Shown here piece after piece: positions 55,178-61,669 of a stretch of 61,669 bases of DNA. The notes beneath the pieces were generated by a model, which was given only the letters and a program-made list of their open reading frames with translations, was not told the origin of the DNA and did no database searches. The position numbers and the translations under genes were made by a program. Numbering within the stretch: position 1 is the first letter of the stretch; each line of letters begins with the position of its first letter. Source of the stretch: an uncultured Granulosicoccaceae bacterium (GTDB lineage Bacteria; Pseudomonadota; Gammaproteobacteria; Granulosicoccales; Granulosicoccaceae); the NCBI GenBank assembly GCA_964389335.1, contig CAYMFQ010000002.1:18212-79880 (forward strand), given 5' to 3'.

Positions 55178-57898
55178 TCAGTGGGCTTCCTGCCAGTTGT
55201 TACCCACGCCTACTTCAACCTCAAGTGGTACTACCAGCGTCGCCGCACTGCGCATGATTTCGCGCACGGAGTCAGACACTTTTTTCACATCTGACTCGGC
55301 CACTTCAAGCACCAGTTCATCGTGCACCTGCATAATCATACGAGCATCAACACCGCTCTCACCCAGCCACTGATCGACACTGATCATGGCCTTTTTAATG
55401 ATATCTGCGGCGGTACCCTGCATCGGTGCATTAATCGCGGTGCGTTCGGCATACTGGCGCATCTGATAGCGTCGCGAGTTTATATCCGGCAGGTACAAAC
55501 GACGGCCAAACACAGTTTCAACAAACCCCTCGTGTTTGGCGTTCAACTTGGTACTGTCCATATATTTTTTTACCCCAGGGTAGCGCTCGAAATACAGATT
55601 CATGTACTCCTGCGCTTCACCGCGCGGGATGTCGAGTTGTTTACCCAATCCAAATGCAGACATACCGTAGATCAAACCAAAGTTAATTGCCTTGGCCGCA
55701 CGTCGCGAATCAGCATCCACATCATCCAGTGCGATACCAAATACCTCCGACGCAGTGGCACTATGGATATCCTTATCTTCAGCAAACGCGGTTAACAGAT
55801 TTTCATCACCCGACAGGTGCGCCATGATTCTGAGCTCAATTTGCGAATAATCCGCCGCCAGTAACACACTACCCTCAGGAGCGACAAACGCCTCCCTGAT
55901 GCGCCTGCCTTCATGAGTGCGAATTGGAATGTTTTGCAGATTCGGATCTGCCGATGACAGGCGTCCGGTTGACGCAACCGCCTGATGATAAGACGTATGA
56001 ACCCTGCCAGTTCGTTCGTTAATCTGCTGCGGCAGTTTATCCGTGTAAGTCGACTTGAGCTTGCTCATGCTGCGGTGTTGCAGTATGAGCTTTGGCAGCG
56101 GGTAATCATGAGCCAGTTGCTCCAGCACATCTTCAGCGGTAGACGGCTGCCCCTTGGGCGTCTTGCGAATAACCGGTATTTCCATTACTTCATACAGTAG
56201 CTCGCCAATTTGTTTTGACGATGCCAGATTAAACTCCTGACCGGCTACCTCATGTGCCTGGGCTTCGAGTGCCTTGATGGATTCTGTCAGTTCGTCGCTT
56301 TGGGTGGCAAGCAGATCAGCATCTATCGCAACCCCGGTACGCTCAACTGTCGACAACACTCTGGACAGCGGTATTTCAATATCCCGATAGATATCGGTCA
56401 GCTTGCTTTGTGGCTCGAGCATTTTCCACAACACATGATGCAGTTGCAGCGCAATATCTGCATCTTCAGACGCATACTCGGCCGCCTTATCTACGTCTAT
56501 CTGATTAAACGTGAGCTGTTTTTTACCTTTACCGGCAATGTCTTCAAAATGAATGGTACTGGTATCGAGGTACTTCTTCGCCAGCACGTCCATATCGTGT
56601 CGGTTGGCTGCAGAATCGACAACATAAGATGCGAGCATGGTATCGTGTTCGATCCCGCCGAGACTGATACCATGATTGTCGAGCACATTTTGATCGTATT
56701 TTAAATTCTGACCGATCTTTTTAATGGCATCGCTTTCGAGCAGCGGTTTTAAACGTGCCAGGGTGTCGTCTCTATCCAGTTGTTCTGGCGCGCCTTCGTA
56801 GTCATGAGCGAGTGGCAGATAGGCCGCCTGCCCCATTTCCACCGCAAACGACAACCCGACAATTTCCGCATCCATGTAGTTCAGGCTGGTGGTTTCTGTA
56901 TCAAAAGCAAACACGCCGGCCGATTCAATGCGGGCGACCCAATCATCCAGCGCTTCCGTGGTATTGATGCATTCATATTGCTTTTTATCGATAGCGGGCA
57001 ATTTTGGAATCGCCTGTGCAGAACCGGCACCAGCACCGCCGGTCTTGCCCTCGAGCTCGTTTAACCACGACTTAAACTCGTAGCGCTTTAACTGTTCTTT
57101 CAGTGACTCGGTATCTGCCTCGGTTATAGCGAGGTCATCAATTTGCTGTTCCAGCTCAACATCGAGTTTGATTGTGGCGAGCTCGTAGGACAGTGGCAGC
57201 GTCGGTAAAGCCGCGCGCAGATTTTCACCAATTTTGCCCTTAACTTCATCGGCATGTGCTACCACGCCATCGAAACTTTCGTACAGATTCAGCCACTTTA
57301 CGGCGGTTTTGGGGCCGCATTTAACGACACCGGGAATATTGTCTGATGTATCTCCAACCAGCGCCAGATAATCGACGATACGTTCCGGCGGCACTCCAAA
57401 TTTCTCGGTCACACCGGCTATATCAAGCGTGGTGTTGCTCATCGTGTTTATCAGTGTCACATGCTCGTTAACCAACTGCGCAAGGTCTTTGTCACTGGTC
57501 GATATAACCACCTTTTTACCCTGCTTCGCTGCCTGATCAGACAGTGTGCCGATGACATCGTCTGCTTCAACGCCCGGCACACTCAACAATGGCAATCCCA
57601 TGGTGCGGATTATCGTGTGAAGTGGCTCAATCTGTGCTCTCAAGTCGTCCGGCATCGGTGGTCTGGTGGCCTTGTACTCACTGTACAGGTCGTTGCGAAA
57701 CGTCTTGCCGCTGGCATCGAACACCACACCCATGTGAGTGGGTTTATAGGTATCGAGCAGACGCCGAAGCATATTGATGACGCCAAGCATGGCGCCGGTA
57801 GGTTCCCCTTTCTTATTGGTCAGGGGCGGCAGCGCATGGAACGCGCGAAACAGATAGGAAGACCCATCGACCAGGACAAGTGGAGCTGTTTCGGACAT
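55178..57898 (-). CDS. polA: DNA polymerase I
   Basis: 906 aa with a 5'-nuclease N-terminus (LVDGSSYLFRAFHA) and a 3'-5' exonuclease domain (FAFDTETTSL). Polymerase motifs are DYSQIELRIMAH, RRAAKAINFGLIYG and QVHDELV. Confidence 0.97.
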   Translation of the reverse strand: MSETAPLVLVDGSSYLFRAFHALPPLTNKKGEPTGAMLGVINMLRRLLDTYKPTHMGVVFDASGKTFRNDLYSEYKATRPPMPDDLRAQIEPLHTIIRTMGLPLLSVPGVEADDVIGTLSDQAAKQGKKVVISTSDKDLAQLVNEHVTLINTMSNTTLDIAGVTEKFGVPPERIVDYLALVGDTSDNIPGVVKCGPKTAVKWLNLYESFDGVVAHADEVKGKIGENLRAALPTLPLSYELATIKLDVELEQQIDDLAITEADTESLKEQLKRYEFKSWLNELEGKTGGAGAGSAQAIPKLPAIDKKQYECINTTEALDDWVARIESAGVFAFDTETTSLNYMDAEIVGLSFAVEMGQAAYLPLAHDYEGAPEQLDRDDTLARLKPLLESDAIKKIGQNLKYDQNVLDNHGISLGGIEHDTMLASYVVDSAANRHDMDVLAKKYLDTSTIHFEDIAGKGKKQLTFNQIDVDKAAEYASEDADIALQLHHVLWKMLEPQSKLTDIYRDIEIPLSRVLSTVERTGVAIDADLLATQSDELTESIKALEAQAHEVAGQEFNLASSKQIGELLYEVMEIPVIRKTPKGQPSTAEDVLEQLAHDYPLPKLILQHRSMSKLKSTYTDKLPQQINERTGRVHTSYHQAVASTGRLSSADPNLQNIPIRTHEGRRIREAFVAPEGSVLLAADYSQIELRIMAHLSGDENLLTAFAEDKDIHSATASEVFGIALDDVDADSRRAAKAINFGLIYGMSAFGLGKQLDIPRGEAQEYMNLYFERYPGVKKYMDSTKLNAKHEGFVETVFGRRLYLPDINSRRYQMRQYAERTAINAPMQGTAADIIKKAMISVDQWLGESGVDARMIMQVHDELVLEVAESDVKKVSDSVREIMRSAATLVVPLEVEVGVGNNWQEAH

Positions 57899-58233
57899 AC
57901 AAGACCTGATTAGCGTTAAGTGAAAGGTTCAACAGGTTGCGAGCGCGCTGACCGACGTGTGGTTACAATCTGCGCTGCAGATAAAAGCGCATTTTATGAC
58001 CAGCGCAGGTAAAGCCGGTGCCAGACCGGAGCGCAAATCGCACAGGCATGACAGGCTCGTGCATCTCGACGATTGCCATCGCGACGATTGCTATCTCCAG
58101 GAGCATGCCCTGCAGCGCATCAATGCCTCGCACGGACTGACACAAAGGTATCGCAAGGACTAATCATCGGCAACTCCGTTTGCCATTGGGCTCCACCCCC
58201 GGACCACTGCACCAGACAGGATCATATTCAGTA

Positions 58234-58962
58234 ATGAAACCGGCACTAAAAACAAAACCCCAGTTACAGCAGGCTGCAGATATTGATCGCGCGCTCAGCC
58301 GTGAGTCATGGAAAATTTTTCAAATCATGGCGGAGTTCGTGGAGGGATTCCAGAAACTTGCCTCCATCAGCCCGTCGGTCAGTGTTTTCGGCTCGGCGCG
58401 ATTTGCCCCTGACCACAAATATTCGGTGCTGATTGAGGAGATTTCACGCAAGCTGTCAGACGCCGGATTCGCGGTGGTCAGCGGCGGTGGCCCCGGCATT
58501 ATGGAAGCGTCGAACCGCGGTGCATTTGCCGGAAAATCTGCCAGCGTCGGCTTGAATATCCAGCTGCCGTTCGAGCAGTCGGGCAACCCGTACCAGGATA
58601 TTGGCATCACATTCAAATACTTCTTTGCGCGCAAGGTGATGTTCGTCAAGTACGCCTCGGCTTATGTCGTGATGCCGGGCGGGTTTGGCACACTCGACGA
58701 GATGGCCGAAATACTGACCCTCATTCAGACCGGCAAGTCACGCAAGATTCCGGTGGTGCTGGTGGGGCATGAGTTCTGGGACGGCTTCGTCGACTGGCTG
58801 CGCGACTCGATGCTGCGGATGGGCACAATCAGCGAGTCCGATCTCGACCTGTTCACGATTGAAGACGACCCCGACAAGGTGATTGAGACCATTTTCGACT
58901 TCTACGAAGGCGTCGATATGGACATGGTTATGGCCAACGATGACATCTCCATGGATATCTGA
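58234..58962 (+). CDS. LOG-family (TIGR00730) nucleotide phosphoribohydrolase-like protein
   Basis: Motifs VVSGGGPGIMEA and PGGFGTLDE. ATG at 58234 is preferred. Confidence 0.85.
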   Translation: MKPALKTKPQLQQAADIDRALSRESWKIFQIMAEFVEGFQKLASISPSVSVFGSARFAPDHKYSVLIEEISRKLSDAGFAVVSGGGPGIMEASNRGAFAGKSASVGLNIQLPFEQSGNPYQDIGITFKYFFARKVMFVKYASAYVVMPGGFGTLDEMAEILTLIQTGKSRKIPVVLVGHEFWDGFVDWLRDSMLRMGTISESDLDLFTIEDDPDKVIETIFDFYEGVDMDMVMANDDISMDI

Positions 58963-59014
58963 CACGCAGTCGGCCCGACAACTATCTGACGACCAGGTCA
59001 CAACCCCCCAAAAA

Positions 59015-59035
59015 GCACACACAAGCTGTGTGTGC
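59015..59035 (-). terminator. minus-strand-oriented terminator-like hairpin between two + strand genes
   Basis: gcacacaca-agc-tgtgtgtgc is a 9-bp stem. On the minus strand it is followed by TTTTTGGGGGG; on the + strand no T-tract follows. Confidence 0.45.
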
Positions 59036-59193
59036 CACGCCTGCGAACACACCGCAGCAGCACACCCTCTCGACAAAAATGGTAAAGTACGCCAGCGAAT
59101 AATCCACCTCCTGACGGCTGCTAACCGTAACCGGACAACACGCCAGGGCTTATTCAGCTAAAAAACCAATTCATGAGAGGAGATCCACTCACA

Positions 59194-60294
59194 ATGAAAA
59201 GACGCGATTTTATTAAATCGGGTGCCGTCGCAGGCGCCGCAGCGGCTGCGACCGGTGCCACTATTACATCTGCACCGGCGATCGCACAGTCAAAAACCGA
59301 GCTGGTTATCGTATCCAGCTGGCCGCGTGATTTCCCTGGCCTGGGTGTCAGTGCGCAGCGCCTCGCCGCTCGCATTACCGAGCTGTCGGAAGGCAAGATC
59401 AACACGCAGTACTTCGCCGCTGGCGAGCGCGTTGGTGCATTCGACGTCATCGACGAAGTCGCCTCCGGCAACAGCCAGGCGTACATTTCTGCTGACTACT
59501 ACTGGAAAGGCAAGCACCCGGCATTCGCATTTTTCACCGCGGTACCGTTTGGCATGATCCAGCCCGAGTGGAATGCATGGATCAAGTTCAAAGGCGGTCA
59601 GGAACTGTGGGACGAGCTGTCCGGCGAGTTCGGCATCAAGCCCATCACCTGTGGCGCTACCGGTGCACAGATGGGTGGCTGGTTTAACAAGGAAATCGAA
59701 ACAGCTGACGACCTGAAAGGCCTGAAAATGCGTATCCCCGGTCTCGGCGGCGACGTCATGGCCAAGCTGGGCGCCTCTCCGGTTTCTCTGCCAGGCGGAC
59801 AAATCTACGAAAACCTGGTCTCTGGCGCGATTGAAGCCACTGAATGGGTGGGTCCGTACAACGACTACTTCATGAAGTTCTACGAAGCTGCCAAGTACTA
59901 CTACTCACCAGGCATGCACGAGCCAGGTGGCGGTTTGGCCTTCGGCATGAACGCCGAGTGGTGGAGCAAGCGCAGCGACTGGGAAAAAGCCATCATCACT
60001 GCAGCCTGCATGGAAGAGCATGCCGCTCAGCCTGAAGAAGCACTGGCCAACAACGGCGAATACCTCGCTCGCATGGTTGACGAGCACGGTGTTGAACTGC
60101 GCAGCTTCAACGACGAAATCTACGACAGCTTTGGCGAAGCCGCTGCTGAAGTCTACGAAGAAACCCGCGACCACAGTGAGCTGGCTGCCAAAGTCCACGA
60201 TCACTACATGGCCGCCATGCGCGAACTGGGTGCGTACCTGAAACTTGCCGAGATTGGCTTTTCCAATCAACGCAACCGCGTACTCGACATTTAG
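59194..60294 (+). CDS. dctP: TRAP transporter substrate-binding protein (DctP family, Tat signal)
   Basis: Twin-arginine signal MKRRDFIKSGAVAGAAAA...APAIA, then a DctP-like body. GAGAGGAG lies upstream of the ATG at 59194. Confidence 0.85.
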   Translation: MKRRDFIKSGAVAGAAAAATGATITSAPAIAQSKTELVIVSSWPRDFPGLGVSAQRLAARITELSEGKINTQYFAAGERVGAFDVIDEVASGNSQAYISADYYWKGKHPAFAFFTAVPFGMIQPEWNAWIKFKGGQELWDELSGEFGIKPITCGATGAQMGGWFNKEIETADDLKGLKMRIPGLGGDVMAKLGASPVSLPGGQIYENLVSGAIEATEWVGPYNDYFMKFYEAAKYYYSPGMHEPGGGLAFGMNAEWWSKRSDWEKAIITAACMEEHAAQPEEALANNGEYLARMVDEHGVELRSFNDEIYDSFGEAAAEVYEETRDHSELAAKVHDHYMAAMRELGAYLKLAEIGFSNQRNRVLDI

Positions 60295-60315
60295 CATTAG
60301 CACGCATGTCACTCC

Positions 60316-60340
60316 GGCGGGGCAGCTCTTCTGCCCCGCC
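60316..60340 (+). other. GC-rich intercistronic stem-loop between dctP and dctQ
   Basis: ggcggggcag-ctctt-ctgccccgcc is a 10-bp perfect stem 22 nt after the dctP stop, with no T-tract. Confidence 0.5.
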
Positions 60341-60445
60341 ACTAAAAGACAGGCGGCGAGCCAAAAGCCTCAAACGCTGTAAGCTGTCTGCACTTTACTA
60401 TCCTATACCTGTCGAAACCCCGGCCCCCGATAACCGAGTGAGCCT

Positions 60446-61426
60446 ATGAACACTACTGGACCACAAGTCAGTAACTCAGACACGGTAGCCCGCGGTCTTA
60501 GCTGGCTGATGCTGGCTTTTCTCGCAACCTACCTTCTCAATACGGTGCTGATCCACGCGCAGGGCTGGCCTGGTGTAAAGGCCGCATTTAGTACACCGTT
60601 CGACTGGCGTGCCTGGGCACAAATTGCCATCTACGCCGGAGCTTTTATGCTGGCACTGCGTTTTGTAAAAGCAAAGCCGAGAACACTCAGACAGGATGCC
60701 GCAACCATAACCGGGATCAACACCTACCTAATCCGATCGCTGTTCTGGGCAGTCGTCCTGGTTGGCATCGTTGACATGACTATCTCGTTTCTGCGTGTCG
60801 AAGGCTTTTTACCGTTGCTGGTCGATGAACAGCTGGCCAAAGATCTGGCGAAACCACAATACCGCGGTCCGGTTGTCCATGTGCCACTGTTAATACTGGG
60901 TTTTTTACTCGGTGCAATAACCCGCACGCTCGGCTTTCACTGGTTTGCACTGCTGATTGTGGTGGCAGAGTTCGCCATTGTTGTAACCCGCTTTATCTTT
61001 TCTTATGAGCAGGCCTTTATGGGTGATCTGGTGCGCTTCTGGTACGCCGCACTGTTTCTGTTTGCCAGTGCCTACACGCTGTTGCAGGAAGGGCATGTAA
61101 GAGTCGATGTGTTTTACACCAGCATGAAGGATCGCACCAAAGGCTTTGTTAACGCATTCGGTGCACTCGCTTTTGGCACCACACTGTGCTGGACCATCAT
61201 TGTGCTTGGCTTCAGTGGCAAGTCATCGGTGATCTACGGACCACTGGCAAACTTCGAAGTATCGCAATCAGGTTTTGGCATGTATACCAAGTATCTTATG
61301 GCAGGGTTTCTCGGCGTGTTCGCGATAACCATGCTGATTCAGTTTATCGCGCAGTTCCTCGAGTCCTGTGCCGATTATAAAAAACAACCCGGCGGGCGTC
61401 AGATCGCCACCGAAATAGCACACTAG
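60446..61426 (+). CDS. dctQ: TRAP transporter small permease (DctQ-like) with a long N-terminal multi-TM extension
   Basis: The DctQ signature LLQEGHVRVDVFY occurs only at aa ~225 of 326, and extra hydrophobic segments precede it. Confidence 0.7.
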   Translation: MNTTGPQVSNSDTVARGLSWLMLAFLATYLLNTVLIHAQGWPGVKAAFSTPFDWRAWAQIAIYAGAFMLALRFVKAKPRTLRQDAATITGINTYLIRSLFWAVVLVGIVDMTISFLRVEGFLPLLVDEQLAKDLAKPQYRGPVVHVPLLILGFLLGAITRTLGFHWFALLIVVAEFAIVVTRFIFSYEQAFMGDLVRFWYAALFLFASAYTLLQEGHVRVDVFYTSMKDRTKGFVNAFGALAFGTTLCWTIIVLGFSGKSSVIYGPLANFEVSQSGFGMYTKYLMAGFLGVFAITMLIQFIAQFLESCADYKKQPGGRQIATEIAH

Positions 61427-61443
61427 CCAGAGGAGACAATACT

Positions 61444-61669
61444 GTGGAACTGGTCTTTCTGGCACTACTGTTAATTATTCTTGCACTGGCACTGGGGTCC
61501 GGCTACCCGGTCGCGTTCGCCCTGCCCGGTGCTGCCATCGTTACAATTTCTGTCGCCGCCGTCTGTGGCTACCTGTTTGCCGGCACCACTGATGCGTACT
61601 TTGCGCAAGGGGGACCGAGCCAGTGGCTCTCTGCGGGGGTTACCAATTTACGCGGCATCTATTGGGAGG
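61444..61669 (+). CDS. dctM: TRAP transporter large permease (DctM-like), 5' partial
   Basis: GTG at 61444 lies 8 nt after GAGGAG. The open hydrophobic frame (LVFLALLLIILALALGSGYPVAFALPGAAIV) runs to the window end. Confidence 0.65.
   Translation, partial: MELVFLALLLIILALALGSGYPVAFALPGAAIVTISVAAVCGYLFAGTTDAYFAQGGPSQWLSAGVTNLRGIYWE

Noticed and set aside
54462-55373. 303-aa + strand ORF spanning the PLP-enzyme gene and the polA 3' end.
   Set aside because: It is antisense to two genes with strong family signatures, and its product has no motifs and is Arg/His/Cys-rich.
1-61669. Searched by eye for CRISPR arrays, tRNA/rRNA/tmRNA/RNase P-like genes, transposases, integrases and phage genes.
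   Set aside because: No spaced direct-repeat arrays, no tRNA-like T-arm/acceptor patterns, and no recognisable recombinase ORFs were seen. The only periodic repeats are coding (TSP3 units). A tRNAscan/Infernal run would be needed for certainty.

Overview
Chromosomal segment of a gammaproteobacterium, probably a marine Pseudomonadales/Cellvibrionales-like organism. That placement is inferred from protein signatures and the dsbA / cytochrome c4 / engB / polA gene set. I support about 50 protein-coding genes and found no rRNA, tRNA, CRISPR array, transposase or integrase by eye. All family calls rest on motifs read from the translations; no searches were run. Left to right: (1) cell-envelope genes: a thrombospondin type-3 (TSP3) repeat lipoprotein, SCO1/SenC, an orphan 1400-aa PilY1-like vWA adhesin, MepK-like peptidase, an OmpR/HK pair, an 852-aa TSP3/Ig-like adhesin with an OmpA-TSP3 protein, and a BON-OmpA protein with a coiled-coil partner; (2) a ProQ/FinO RNA-chaperone gene followed by a stand-alone GyrB/ParE C-terminal (Toprim) paralogue; (3) housekeeping genes dsbA, cytochrome c4, engB, trpS; (4) a Wzx/Wzy-type exopolysaccharide locus (wza, wzc, wzy-like, Alg14/Alg13-like split transferase, GT2, two GT4, wzx); (5) a tungsten-type aldehyde:ferredoxin oxidoreductase cluster (AorABC-like) with a MoaD-like protein, moaA and two unknown small proteins; (6) a dual-specificity phosphatase, MoxR-DUF58-TgpA, a truncated heparinase II/III-like gene, and a RimB-RimK fusion; (7) a trans-sulfuration PLP enzyme, polA, a LOG-family protein and a TRAP transporter. 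The best candidates for something undescribed are the ProQ/FinO + mini-GyrB/ParE pair and the uncharacterised accessory genes in the AOR cluster.
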